Shown here: piece by piece, positions 40,698-50,552 of the stretch
How positions within the stretch are numbered: position 1 is the first letter of the stretch
How the letters are laid out: each line of letters opens with the position of its first letter
NCBI GenBank assembly: GCA_047601445.1
Contig: JASGJH010000001.1
Span: 5,312,001-5,376,000 of the forward strand
Direction: 5' to 3'
DNA from: Myxococcales bacterium
GTDB lineage: Bacteria > Myxococcota_A > Polyangia > Polyangiales > DASUME01
Length of the DNA stretch: 64,000 bases
Notes under the pieces: model-generated
Databases searched by the model: none
What the model saw: only the letters and a program-made list of their open reading frames with translations
Told to the model about the DNA's origin: nothing
Translations under genes and position numbers: made by a program

Positions 40698-41213
40698 TCA
40701 AGACAGCAAGTACTCGCGCGTGAGCTCGCGGGCCCGATGCAAGCGGCTCTTGGTGGCCACGGTAGAGAGACCGATGCGCTCGCTGATCTCCTTGATGGTG
40801 AGCCCGCCGAAGTCCCGCAGGATGATCACCTCGCGATAGTGAGCAGGCAGCGCATCGAACGCGTGGACCAAGTCGAGCCCCGCTTCGTCGTGGGTGCGAT
40901 ACGAAAGCCAGGCATCCACCTTGGCCTCCTCGAACGGGTCATAGCGAAACAACGCGCGTCCCAGACGCCGACATTGACGCTGCACCACCTTGAACAGCCA
41001 CGAGTAGAGGGCCACCGGGGTCTGCAGCAGGTGGATTTTTCGCACCACCACGAGCAACGTCTCTTGAACCGCATCGTCGATCTGGCTGATGGTGCACCAG
41101 CGCTCCGCATAGCGGCGAACGTCGGGCCGGCACAGGCGCAGCAACTGCTCGATGGCCACGGGCTCGCCACGGCGGGCTGCATCGACCAGGGGGAAGTGTT
41201 GAGGGACGAGCAT
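40698..41213 (-). CDS. ECF sigma factor
   Basis: DDAVQETL, SWLFKV, LPAHYREVIILRD..TKSRLHRAR. Confidence 0.9.
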   Translation of the reverse strand: MLVPQHFPLVDAARRGEPVAIEQLLRLCRPDVRRYAERWCTISQIDDAVQETLLVVVRKIHLLQTPVALYSWLFKVVQRQCRRLGRALFRYDPFEEAKVDAWLSYRTHDEAGLDLVHAFDALPAHYREVIILRDFGGLTIKEISERIGLSTVATKSRLHRARELTREYLLS

Positions 41214-41325
41214 GCTCTCTCTCCGGTGACCTTAGACTCACGCGCTTAGAGGCCCGCCCACGCGGGTCCACAGTCAAAGAGGCGGACTCTCGCCCATCGG
41301 ATTCGCGGGCCGTTGTCGATTCTTT

Positions 41326-41395
41326 GTGTTCTCTCCTACCAAAGGCGCGCTCCCTCCTCGGCTCGAGAAGGGAGGACGTTCGAGCGAGAGAACGC
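41326..41395. terminator. Stem-loop downstream of the globin operon
   Basis: gtgttctctc/gagagaacgc outer pairing and ctccct..agggag inner pairing. Confidence 0.35.
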
Positions 41396-41400
41396 GAGAG

Positions 41401-41595
41401 TTAGGCGGCCCGCTCCCGAAGAGCCTTGAGAGCCTCCCGCGACTCCACCAGCGTACTCCCCTGGAAGAAGTTCACACGGCGCTCGAGCACCGCGCGCAGG
41501 CGGTCGGCCAGCGGCATGTCGCAGAACTGTTGGACGCTCAGCGTCCGCGACCCCTCGGGGCTGGAGAGCTCTACACGGTCGAACGGCAAGACCAC
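41401..41595 (-). CDS. Small hypothetical protein (64 aa)
   Basis: AGGAGG RBS overlapping the globin stop; GTG start 5 nt after it. Confidence 0.7.
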   Translation of the reverse strand: MVLPFDRVELSSPEGSRTLSVQQFCDMPLADRLRAVLERRVNFFQGSTLVESREALKALRERAA

Positions 41596-41600
41596 GCCTC

Positions 41601-41972
41601 CTACCCTGCGCGGCCCATGACTTGATCGCGCGTGCTCGCAACGATGGCCATCGCTTCACCGGCCAGGTCATCCGGCACCCCGAGCTCCTTCAATGTGGCG
41701 GCGAGATGGCCCGCCACCGCGTCGAAGTGGCGGTCGTTGAGCCCCTTGGCTCGCAGCCCCGCGTGAGCCTCGTTGAGACCACGGTACGTGTACTTCTGGG
41801 GCCCACCGAAGGCCCAGGCCATCAGCGCCACCTGCTTGCGGATCTGCTGGCTCATGTCCAGGCCGGCGAAGAATGGCGCGAGCTCGGGATCGGCCAACAC
41901 CTTTTCGTAGAACAGGGTCGCCGCAGCCAGGATGGCGTCTTCACCGCCGATGCGTTCGTAGACCGTGCTCAC
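41601..41972 (-). CDS. Group I truncated hemoglobin
   Basis: YERIGG, FYEKVLAD.ELAPFF, AFGGP..Y.G-like, AH..L..HFDAVAGHL; GGAGGA RBS. Confidence 0.93.
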   Translation of the reverse strand: MSTVYERIGGEDAILAAATLFYEKVLADPELAPFFAGLDMSQQIRKQVALMAWAFGGPQKYTYRGLNEAHAGLRAKGLNDRHFDAVAGHLAATLKELGVPDDLAGEAMAIVASTRDQVMGRAG

Positions 41973-42346
41973 GTTCCTCCGCGCCTAGTCAAAAAGAACA
42001 CGCTCACCCTACCCCCGAGCGATCGACCTCACAAGCCCATGATTGAGTTGGAATGCAAGATCAGCGGCAGCCCCGATTGAGCCGAGGCAGAAATGTTACG
42101 TGGCGTTTTCCAGGCGTAGATTAAATCCGGGCATACCAAGTGAACGGGGCGAACCCGGCGCTTGAGCGAGGTAAACCGCGTTTCCGGGGCACAGGTCCCG
42201 GACCGTGAGCTCGGGCCCCACGGCCCTGCACCTGACGCATGCGTCTGCCTACCGGTGACGGGGTGAACCAGTCTGCAATCCACTTCGCCCGTGTGCCGCC
42301 ACGCTACCATCGCTGGCTCCTCGGTTGACCGAAAGATCCAGGTGAT

Positions 42347-44737
42347 ATGTCCCCCAATTCAGTGATGCCGCACGCGCTCAAGGGCACGCGTTCGCTGACG
42401 TCGGCGCTAGGCTTTTCCGTGTGGGCGCTGGCCGCCTGCGGCAATCCAGCATCGGGTGGTTCGCTGCTCGACCGGGATGGCTCGACCGAGATGCACCGCG
42501 ATGCGAGCGCGATGGATGGGTCGATGATGGACGCCTCGGCAGCGGAGCACGACGCCGCGAACGGGGGCCATGATGCCGCGCCGGGCGAACGCGACTCAGG
42601 GAACGACGCCAGTCTACCCGGTGAGCACGTGGTCGGGAGCCAGACCATCGGCGCCGCCGGTGGTTCGCTTCACGCGGAGGGAGTCGACCTGGTCGTGCCT
42701 CCCGGTGCGTTGACGAGCGAGGTCGAGATTCGGATCATCCAGACCACCTTACCGATCCCGGCTGGCTACGAGGGCTACTCGGCGATCTATCGCTTCGAGC
42801 CCGACGGTCTCGCATTCGCGAAGCCGCTGCAGGTCTCGCTGCCGTTCACCGGTGACGCCAGCAAGGCAACGATGTTTTGGTCGACGCAGGCCGATCGCGG
42901 CTACGTGCGCCTCGGCGGCGTGCCGGAGACGAGCGCGCTTACCGCGCCGGTTGCGCATTTCAGCTATGGGTTCGTGGGCAACGGTGTGACCTATCGGACG
43001 ACGCCGCGGCGCGACTGCACGGTCGCCAGGACCATCAAGGCCAAAATTGGTCAGGACATCTGCAACAACGCGTATCCGGGCTATCGACCAGCCAGCCCCG
43101 AAGTTCCCGGGTTCCCCGGTTCCGGATCAGCCGCGTACTGCTCCGTGTCGCTGACCAACATCCCCGAGGGCGACCCGATTCCCAACACGAAGTCCTCGGC
43201 GGTCGCGGTGCTGTTCACGGTCGACGACTGTGACGGCGAGCCAGTGCCGGGCTTGAGCACGGCGGATTTCCTGGTCAGCGAAGCGGTCACGGGAGTACCC
43301 CAGACCGTCGGGGAGGCCGAGGGCGCGCCACGCATCCAGCTGCGCGACGAGCCCGAGGTTTTCATTTCACTGGTGCTCGACGTCAGCAATTCGATCCAGG
43401 CCAACATCGAGGCCGTGCGCCTGGCGAGCCGTGCATTTGTCGAGCAACTGCACGTGACGCGCAAGCTCCCCGTCGCGATCAGCGTCAGCGCCTTCGCGGG
43501 CGGTGCCTTGAAAGAGCTCGCGGCGCCGCGCCTGGAACCTTCGACGCTCTACGCGGCGATCGACGACGTCACGACCTATCAACCGACCGACCCCGCGTCC
43601 ACCAACTTGAACGGCGGTCTGATCCAGGCCATCGACAACCTGAATGCGGAAATGAAGACCTTCGAGGCCCGCCAGGGTGGTGGCGCGCTGGCGACCGGCT
43701 ACGTGGTGCTCTTCACGGACGGCGCCGACACGGCCGGCCTCAAGACCTCCGCGCAAGCAAAGGCCGCGCGCGACAGCCAGGGGATCCAAGTTCTAGCAGT
43801 GGGTCTCGACACGCCCGACTACGACGAAGCCGGCCTCGGCGAGCTCGCCACGAATGGCGTCGTCACGGCGCCTGCCACCAGCACGCTCGTCCGCGAGTTC
43901 ACCACGATCGCCTCGCGAATCGAAGCTCAGCTCGCGCGCACCTACCTGCTCGGCTACTGCACGCCCAAGCGCGCGGGGCAGCCGAGCGTCCAGGTCGCCG
44001 TCAAAGCCTCGACCACCGCCACCGCCGCGACATTCACGTTCGACGCGACGGGCATCACCAAGCCCTGCACGGCTGGCTGGCTCGAGAGCGCGTGCGCAGC
44101 GGACACCTGTGGAACCCTGGGCTGCCACGCGTGCGACGACCGCACCGACTACTGCGACAAGGGCACGTGCAACACGCAATGCAAGATCGGGCACGTGTGT
44201 CATGGGGACAGCTACACGAATCCACAGGGCTACGACCAAGTCTGCCAGGACGTCACCGTGAACCAGCGCTGCAACAGCGTGCCCAACAGCGCCGGTGCGG
44301 CCTACAGTTGCGTCGACGTCACCACCAGCATCAACAACTGCAGCGAATGCGGGAACCGCTGCGACTACGGCTGCAACAACTCAATGTGCATCCCTGCAGC
44401 CAACGCAACCAAAGCAGCCATCAAGGGCCATCTGACGTTCCCGAACTTGACTGGAGCGATCGTCGCACAAGTCAGCGCCACCCAGGATCCTGGGAGCGGC
44501 TCGATCCAAGGAGGATTCCAGTCCTACTCGGTTGCCGACGCGAGTGCAGGGCTCGACTACTTCCTCAATGGCGTGTCGACCTCCAGTCAGTGGATCAACG
44601 TCGCCGTCCTCCAGGGCAACAACGCCACCCAGTTCGACGGTTGCGGTGCCAAGTTCAAGCTGACCAAAGGACAGACCACCACGATGAATGCCGAAGTCTC
44701 CCAGACCGGCTGCGATCCGTACGACCTCTTCCCATGA
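42347..44737 (+). CDS. Large lipoprotein: ZU5-like, VWA and Cys-rich regions
   Basis: LAAC lipobox; IGAAGG..VPPGAL..FEPDGLAFAKP; MIDAS DVSNS and LFTDGAD; NNCSECGNRC. Confidence 0.85.
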   Translation: MSPNSVMPHALKGTRSLTSALGFSVWALAACGNPASGGSLLDRDGSTEMHRDASAMDGSMMDASAAEHDAANGGHDAAPGERDSGNDASLPGEHVVGSQTIGAAGGSLHAEGVDLVVPPGALTSEVEIRIIQTTLPIPAGYEGYSAIYRFEPDGLAFAKPLQVSLPFTGDASKATMFWSTQADRGYVRLGGVPETSALTAPVAHFSYGFVGNGVTYRTTPRRDCTVARTIKAKIGQDICNNAYPGYRPASPEVPGFPGSGSAAYCSVSLTNIPEGDPIPNTKSSAVAVLFTVDDCDGEPVPGLSTADFLVSEAVTGVPQTVGEAEGAPRIQLRDEPEVFISLVLDVSNSIQANIEAVRLASRAFVEQLHVTRKLPVAISVSAFAGGALKELAAPRLEPSTLYAAIDDVTTYQPTDPASTNLNGGLIQAIDNLNAEMKTFEARQGGGALATGYVVLFTDGADTAGLKTSAQAKAARDSQGIQVLAVGLDTPDYDEAGLGELATNGVVTAPATSTLVREFTTIASRIEAQLARTYLLGYCTPKRAGQPSVQVAVKASTTATAATFTFDATGITKPCTAGWLESACAADTCGTLGCHACDDRTDYCDKGTCNTQCKIGHVCHGDSYTNPQGYDQVCQDVTVNQRCNSVPNSAGAAYSCVDVTTSINNCSECGNRCDYGCNNSMCIPAANATKAAIKGHLTFPNLTGAIVAQVSATQDPGSGSIQGGFQSYSVADASAGLDYFLNGVSTSSQWINVAVLQGNNATQFDGCGAKFKLTKGQTTTMNAEVSQTGCDPYDLFP

Positions 44738-44860
44738 CGGACAGAGGCGCAGCGATTCGGCCGCCAGTCAGGTAAGCCGCCATTCAACTGCAACCGACTC
44801 CCACCGAAGCGCTCCCCACGACCGACAAGGCGCCCTCTCGCAGCCGTCACGCCCCTGCGG

Positions 44861-44894
44861 CCCCGCAGCGCCGGCCGAGACCAAGGGAGCGCAC
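44861..44894 (-). repeat. Second copy of the 2281-2313 intergenic element
   Basis: 31 of 34 aligned positions identical (inverted orientation). Confidence 0.75.
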
Positions 44895-44916
44895 GAGGCC
44901 CGCAGGGCGAGAGAGA

Positions 44917-45639
44917 TCACTGGGCCATGGGAGCAGAGGACGCCAGAGAAGGAGAGATGGTGAACTCCTTGCTCAAAATCTCCTGACCATCCAGCGTGCG
45001 CACAACGGCCCTATAGGTCCCGGGTTCCCGCCGAATCTTGGTCCACGACCACGTGCGGTAGCGCGGCGAGGTGGGCACCTCGAGCTGCACGCCGTAGGGC
45101 GAAGCGGCGTCCCCGACCTTCTCCCAGTGCACCTTCACCGCGAAGGGCGCCTGGTCGTTGGCGAACTGCATGAACGCGAAGATCTTGGGTGTGTCCGTGT
45201 CGAACGACTCGCTCTCGCCCACCGGCTCGCGCTCCTCCACGCTGGTGGCCAACACGAAGCGCTCGATCTTCACTTGCTCGGGCACCACCGGGCGCTCCTC
45301 GGCCTTCACTTCCAGGTCCTGCTGGTCGTGCTGGGCCAGCGCCTTGTCGAGCGTGGCCTGTGGCTCCGCCTGCACGCTCGGGGACGCGTCCGTGCTGGGC
45401 TTCACCGAGTCGAGCACGCTGCGCGGCGTGAGCGGCGCGGTGGCGGTCATGGGCGCCTCGGAGAGCTTCTTGAGCGACTCGGGCTGCGCGGGCGCAGGCA
45501 TCTCGACGCGCTTGGCGAGCTTGAGCTCCGGGTGGGTGCTCTTGTGTTCCTCGCCGCACGCTCCGAGCACCGAGCAGAAACCGATCACTGCGAGCGACTT
45601 GGACGAGATGAGCGACTTGAACGAAACCTTGGCAGACAT
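44917..45639 (-). CDS. DUF2914-like lipoprotein
   Basis: LGAC lipobox; VEEREPVG, YRTWSW, PGTYRAVVRT. Confidence 0.8.
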   Translation of the reverse strand: MSAKVSFKSLISSKSLAVIGFCSVLGACGEEHKSTHPELKLAKRVEMPAPAQPESLKKLSEAPMTATAPLTPRSVLDSVKPSTDASPSVQAEPQATLDKALAQHDQQDLEVKAEERPVVPEQVKIERFVLATSVEEREPVGESESFDTDTPKIFAFMQFANDQAPFAVKVHWEKVGDAASPYGVQLEVPTSPRYRTWSWTKIRREPGTYRAVVRTLDGQEILSKEFTISPSLASSAPMAQ

Positions 45640-45668
45640 GGGCTGTTCCTCCGTTGAACTCGCCCTAT

Positions 45669-45684
45669 CGCAAGGCTTCGGCCA
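45669..45684 (-). promoter_or_regulatory. Sigma54 -24/-12 promoter candidate
   Basis: TGGCCGAAGCCTTGCG, about 30 nt upstream of the ATG, with GGAGG between. Confidence 0.55.
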
Positions 45685-45780
45685 ACGGAAAAACTCTCCT
45701 AAATGCTCGAAATTTCGTGCGTTCTTTGAGCCTGCCGTGGGTCTTTTGACACACCCCTCGTGTCGGCCCTTACCGAACGC

Positions 45781-47133
45781 TCAGCCGCGGGCGCGCGCCG
45801 ACTCGGCGTGGCCGTCGAGGCCCTCGGCCTCGGCCAGGAGCGCGATGGCGTCGCGGGCCTCCTTCGGAATGCCGTTCCGGTAGCGGATGGTGCCCACGCG
45901 CTTGAGGAAGGTGTACGGCGAGAGGCCGCTGGTGAAGCGCGCCGTGGTGCCGGTCGGGAGGCAGTGGCTGGGGCCTGCCCAGTAGTCGCCAGCCGCCATG
46001 GGTGTGGAGTCGCCGAGCAGGATCTCGCCTGCGTGGCGCACCAGGGGCAACAGCGCGTCCGGATCGGCCACGGCCAGGCTCACGTGCTCGCAGGCGATGC
46101 GGTTGGCCACGTCGGCGGCCTCCTGCACGTCCTTCACGAGTACGGCGCAGGAGTCGGCCTTGAGCGCGCGCACGAGGGCATCGGCGCGCTTGCGCACCTT
46201 GAGCTGCTTCTCGATCTCCTCGGTAACCTTGGCCAGCACCTCGGCCTGCCAGGAGACCAGGAAGCACTTGCCCGGGTCGTGCTCGGCCTGGGCGATGAGG
46301 TCGGAGGCCACGCGGCGCGCATCGGCCGCGGAGTCGGCGATGGTGAGGATCTCGCTGGGTCCGTAGAAGCCGTCGCTGCCGGTGATGCCCGCGAGCTGCG
46401 CCTTGGCGAGCTGCACGTAGGTGTTGCCGGGGCCCACGATCATGTCCACGGGCTTCACGGTCTCGGTGCCGAAGGAGAGCGCCGCCATGCCCTGCGCGCC
46501 GCCGATGCGGTACACGTCGCGCACGCCCGCGAGCTGACAGGCCGCGAGCACCAGCGGGGCCACGTCCTGCGCGGGTCCCTGACCGCTATGCGTCGGCGGC
46601 GGCGTGACCACCGAGAGGCGCTTCACGCCGGCCACGATGGCGGGGATGGCGAGCATCACCACGCTCGAGGGATAGGCTGCGGTGCCGCCCGGCACGGCCA
46701 AGCCAGCGCTGTCGACCGGCGTAAAACGCAGCCCCATCGTGGCACCACCATGTTCGATGGGCTCCGGGTTCTGCGGCAAAAGGTGGGACTGATAGACCCG
46801 CACGTTCTCGATCATCGCAAGCAGCGCGGCACGCAAGGGCGCGCTCAACGCGCGCTCGGCGGCTTCGAGCTCGGCTTCGCTCACGCGCATGCGCTCCTTG
46901 GAGAAGCCGGGGTCGGTCCACTTGCGCATGTACTTCACGACGGCGTCGTCGCCGTGGCGGCGTACATCGTCGAGGATGGCGGAGACGGTGCGCGCGGCCT
47001 CGCTGTCGAGGCCCACGGGCGGCCGCAGGCGTTCGATCTGGGCCGTGAGAGCGTTACGGCCCTCGGCGCTGGAAAGGTCAAAGAGTGGTAACAGCATTGA
47101 TGACATGTCGAGCTCGGTCTTGGTCTTGCTCAC
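45781..47133 (-). CDS. hisD: Histidinol dehydrogenase
   Basis: VPGGTAAYPSS, GPGN.YV, GPSE, DLIAQAEHD, EH, GDY.AGPSH.LPT. Confidence 0.93.
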   Translation of the reverse strand: MSKTKTELDMSSMLLPLFDLSSAEGRNALTAQIERLRPPVGLDSEAARTVSAILDDVRRHGDDAVVKYMRKWTDPGFSKERMRVSEAELEAAERALSAPLRAALLAMIENVRVYQSHLLPQNPEPIEHGGATMGLRFTPVDSAGLAVPGGTAAYPSSVVMLAIPAIVAGVKRLSVVTPPPTHSGQGPAQDVAPLVLAACQLAGVRDVYRIGGAQGMAALSFGTETVKPVDMIVGPGNTYVQLAKAQLAGITGSDGFYGPSEILTIADSAADARRVASDLIAQAEHDPGKCFLVSWQAEVLAKVTEEIEKQLKVRKRADALVRALKADSCAVLVKDVQEAADVANRIACEHVSLAVADPDALLPLVRHAGEILLGDSTPMAAGDYWAGPSHCLPTGTTARFTSGLSPYTFLKRVGTIRYRNGIPKEARDAIALLAEAEGLDGHAESARARG

Positions 47134-47230
47134 GCGCGGAGCGCGCGTCCCATGGTGCGTAGTGCCCGAGGGCGGCCCAGTCTAGCAAGCCAGACCTTGT
47201 CGGCACCGAACGACTGGTTACGTTCAAAGG

Positions 47231-49759
47231 ATGGATCGCCAGCTACTCCCAGTCATTGCCCTGCGCGAAACCGTCATTTTCCCTGGACTTACGGTGCCCC
47301 TCGGCGTCGGCCGGCCCGCTTCCATCAAGGCCCTCGAGGCGGCTCGTAAGCAGAACGGCATGGTGTTCTGCGTAGCCCAGCGCGAGAACGCGGATAACCC
47401 CAGCTTCGAACAGCTCTACACGATCGGCACCATCGCACGCATCGTGAGGGTCAGCCCCGGGCCCGGTGGGCTCAGCGTGCTCATCAGTGGCGAACACCGT
47501 GGCACAGCCATCCAGTTCAGGGAGCGCGATGGCGTGGCGGAGGCCTTCGTGGTCCCCGTGGAAGACATGCGCCCCCTGGACGCCGAGGACCCAGCCTTCG
47601 TGGGTCTGTACCGCGAGCTGCGCGACCGCGCATACGAGCTAGGCGCCCTGCGCGGCGTGCCCGAGCCCTCGCTGAAGGAGGCCCTCGAGTCCGCCAAGGA
47701 GCCGGGTGCCTTCGCCGACCGTGTGTCGGGCTACATGGAGCTGCCTTCGGCCGAGAAGCAGATGCTGCTCGAGACCCTCGGGGTCGAGGAGCGCATGCGG
47801 CGCCTGCTGATCTACGTGCAGCGTCAGATCGGCGTGGTGAAGGCGCAGCAGGAGATCCAGACGCAAGTCCAGGAGAAGCTGGGCGAGCGTCAGCGCGAGG
47901 TCTATCTGCGCGAGCAGCTCAAGGCCATCAAGAAGGAGCTCGGTGACGACACCAAGGAGAACGACCTTGGTGAGCTCGAGCAGCGCCTGCGTGACCTGAA
48001 CTTGCCCGAGAAGGTGCGCAAGGAGGTCGACCGCGAGCTCAGTCGGCTCGAGCGCATCGGTGGCGAGGGCATGGAAGCCCAGGTGATCCGCACCTATCTC
48101 GAAGGCATCGCGGAGCTGCCGTGGAACAAGCGCAGCGAGGACAAGATCGATCTCGAGCGCGCCAAGGAAGTGCTCGAGGCGGATCACTTTGGTCTGGAGG
48201 ACGTGAAGGATCGCGTGCTCGAGTTCCTCGCGGTGCGCAAGCTCGCGGCCGAAGCCGCCAAGCGTGAAGAGGAAGCCAAGGCGAGCGAGAAGCCCGCCGA
48301 AGCGGGCTCGAACGGCAACGGCAACGTTCACAGGGCGGCCAACACCAACCAGTCCAAGGAGAGCGAGACCGCCAAGGAAGAGGCCGCGGCGCGCTCCATG
48401 GCGCGCGGTCCCATCTTGCTGTTCGTGGGCCCGCCCGGCGTGGGCAAGACCTCCATCGCGGAGGCCATCGCCAAGGCCATCGGACGTGAGTACGTGCGCA
48501 TCGCCCTCGGCGGCGTGCGCGACGAGGCCGACATTCGCGGTCATCGCCGCACCTACGTGGGCGCCATGCCCGGACGCATCATCCAGGGCCTCAAGCAGGC
48601 CGGCACCAAGAACCCCGTGTTCTTGCTGGACGAGGTCGACAAGCTCGGCGTGTCGTTCCAGGGCGATCCCTCGGCGGCCTTGCTCGAGGTGCTCGACCCG
48701 GCCCAGAACCACACGTTCACCGATCACTACTTGAACGTGCCCTTCGACCTGAGCGAAGTGCTGTTCATCGCCACGGCGAACTTCCCCCAGAACATCCCTG
48801 CGCCCTTGATGGACCGCATGGAGGTGGTGGAGTTCTCTGGCTACACGGAGACCGAGAAGGTCCAGATCGCCAAGAAGTATTTGGTGCCCAAGAAGCTCGG
48901 TGAAACGGGCCTCAAGGACAAGAACATCACGCTGCGCGACGACGCACTCGGCGCGGTGGTGCGCGAGTACACCCGTGAGTCCGGCGTGCGTCAGCTCGCT
49001 CGAGAGATCGAGCGCGTGGCCCGCAAGCTGGCGCGCAACGTGGCGAGTGGTGAACAGGCTCCGGCCCAGGTCACCGCGGACGACGTGAAGCGCTTGCTCG
49101 GACGCCCGCGCGTGCGCCCTGAGCGCGCCGCGGAAAACGACGTGGTCGGCGTGTCCACCGGCATGTACTACAGCCCCGCGGGTGGCGACATCATGTTCGT
49201 GGAGGCGTCGATTAGACCCCTTACGGGAGGTGCGCGCCCGAGCGGCGAGGACCGCATCCAAAACAGCGCGGCCTCACTCATCCTCACGGGCCAGCTCGGC
49301 GACGTGATGAAGGAGTCCGGACGTGCCGCCCTCACCTACGCGTTGCGCTACGGCGCCGAGCGCGGCTCGCTCCTCGCGGGCGCCCCGCTCGAGGTCCACG
49401 TGCACGTGCCCGCCGGCGCCATCCCCAAGGACGGCCCCTCCGCAGGCACGGCCATGGCGACTGCGCTCATCTCGGCCCTCACCGGCGTGCCCGTGCGCCG
49501 CTCGGTCGCCATGACCGGTGAGATCACCTTGCGAGGACGTGTGCTGCCCATCGGCGGCGTCAAAGAGAAAGTACTCGGGGCCCATCGTGCAGGCATCACC
49601 GACGTGATCCTGCCCAAGGAAAACGAGCGCGACCTCGAAGACGTGCCGGAAGAAGCGCGCAACAGCCTCCGGTTCCACTTCGCGGAGACCCTGGACGACG
49701 TGCTCAGGGTGGCCCTGGTGGAACAAAACGAGGACGCGCGGGTTTCCGTGGTGCACTGA
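47231..49759 (+). CDS. lon: ATP-dependent Lon protease
   Basis: GPPGVGKTS, GHRRTYVGAMPG, LLDEVDK, PKDGPSAG, IGGVKEK. Confidence 0.97.
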   Translation: MDRQLLPVIALRETVIFPGLTVPLGVGRPASIKALEAARKQNGMVFCVAQRENADNPSFEQLYTIGTIARIVRVSPGPGGLSVLISGEHRGTAIQFRERDGVAEAFVVPVEDMRPLDAEDPAFVGLYRELRDRAYELGALRGVPEPSLKEALESAKEPGAFADRVSGYMELPSAEKQMLLETLGVEERMRRLLIYVQRQIGVVKAQQEIQTQVQEKLGERQREVYLREQLKAIKKELGDDTKENDLGELEQRLRDLNLPEKVRKEVDRELSRLERIGGEGMEAQVIRTYLEGIAELPWNKRSEDKIDLERAKEVLEADHFGLEDVKDRVLEFLAVRKLAAEAAKREEEAKASEKPAEAGSNGNGNVHRAANTNQSKESETAKEEAAARSMARGPILLFVGPPGVGKTSIAEAIAKAIGREYVRIALGGVRDEADIRGHRRTYVGAMPGRIIQGLKQAGTKNPVFLLDEVDKLGVSFQGDPSAALLEVLDPAQNHTFTDHYLNVPFDLSEVLFIATANFPQNIPAPLMDRMEVVEFSGYTETEKVQIAKKYLVPKKLGETGLKDKNITLRDDALGAVVREYTRESGVRQLAREIERVARKLARNVASGEQAPAQVTADDVKRLLGRPRVRPERAAENDVVGVSTGMYYSPAGGDIMFVEASIRPLTGGARPSGEDRIQNSAASLILTGQLGDVMKESGRAALTYALRYGAERGSLLAGAPLEVHVHVPAGAIPKDGPSAGTAMATALISALTGVPVRRSVAMTGEITLRGRVLPIGGVKEKVLGAHRAGITDVILPKENERDLEDVPEEARNSLRFHFAETLDDVLRVALVEQNEDARVSVVH

Positions 49760-49796
49760 CGAGTGAGGCGCCGCGCCGGGTGCCCCCCCAACAACG

Positions 49797-49937
49797 CACC
49801 GGGTGACCTCGCGCCTTGCTCGGGTGGTTTGCCGGCAGGCATCTTGAGTCTGAGAGGGCTCAGGGTGCTTGCCGGCAGGCAATTTATCGGGTGAAAGCTT
49901 CGCACGACCTTCCCGGCAAGGAATCGAACACCCCGTG
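49797..49937 (+). ncRNA. Candidate structured RNA / 3' element after lon
   Basis: Stem 49827-49851 with 49856-49880 pairs fully when G-U is allowed on the + strand, capped by GAGA; outer stems 49815-49824/49912-49920 and 49797-49805/49929-49937. Confidence 0.5.
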
Positions 49938-49950
49938 ATATAACGCCCAG

Positions 49951-50550
49951 ATGCACCGCGGCTCCCTTGACTGGCTCCGGATTGCCCTTTTCGCGCTCTG
50001 CGCGCTCTCGCCTCTCCGAGTGCGCGCTCAAGAGGACGCCAGCCCCACTGCCCCCGTCCTGACGCCGCCCACACTCACGCCGAGCTCGCAAGCCACCGAA
50101 GAAGCACTCCGCATGCAGCTCTACTCGCGTCGCCTGGAGCTGCGCGAGCTCGCGCGCTCGGGCCGACCCGAACACTTCCAGCTCCAGCGTGCACTCGGCT
50201 ACGTCACCATCGGCCTTGGCGCAGCCGTCACGGGTGGAACCCTCGGTTACGTCTATATCAACTCGATCAGCCCCGACGAGCTCAGCCTGCGCGAGAGCAG
50301 GCTCCTGTGGGCGGGCGTCCTGGGCGGCTCGTCCCTCGTGGGCTTGGGCTTCTGGGCGGTCGCCGCAGCCTACAAGGACAATCGCAACCGCGATCAGATT
50401 GCGCAGGTCTCCTCCGAGATGAAGTCGTTGAAGCGACAGATCAAGGACGCCCGTCGGGCGCGCAAGCGCAGCGCGCAGGTGGATGTGTTGCCGGAGTTGT
50501 CGTTTGGGCGCGGGACGCAGGTGGGCTTGAGGTTGGCGGTCAGGTTGTAG
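49951..50550 (+). CDS. Hypothetical exported membrane protein
   Basis: Signal peptide, two TM helices, coiled coil, terminal beta-like segment. Confidence 0.7.
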   Translation: MHRGSLDWLRIALFALCALSPLRVRAQEDASPTAPVLTPPTLTPSSQATEEALRMQLYSRRLELRELARSGRPEHFQLQRALGYVTIGLGAAVTGGTLGYVYINSISPDELSLRESRLLWAGVLGGSSLVGLGFWAVAAAYKDNRNRDQIAQVSSEMKSLKRQIKDARRARKRSAQVDVLPELSFGRGTQVGLRLAVRL

Positions 50551-50552
50551 AC

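Noticed and set aside
47639..49261. Long antisense ORFs (also 727-1794, 10208-12037, 20620-22335)
   Set aside because: Expected shadows of GC3-rich genes, with no recognisable motifs.
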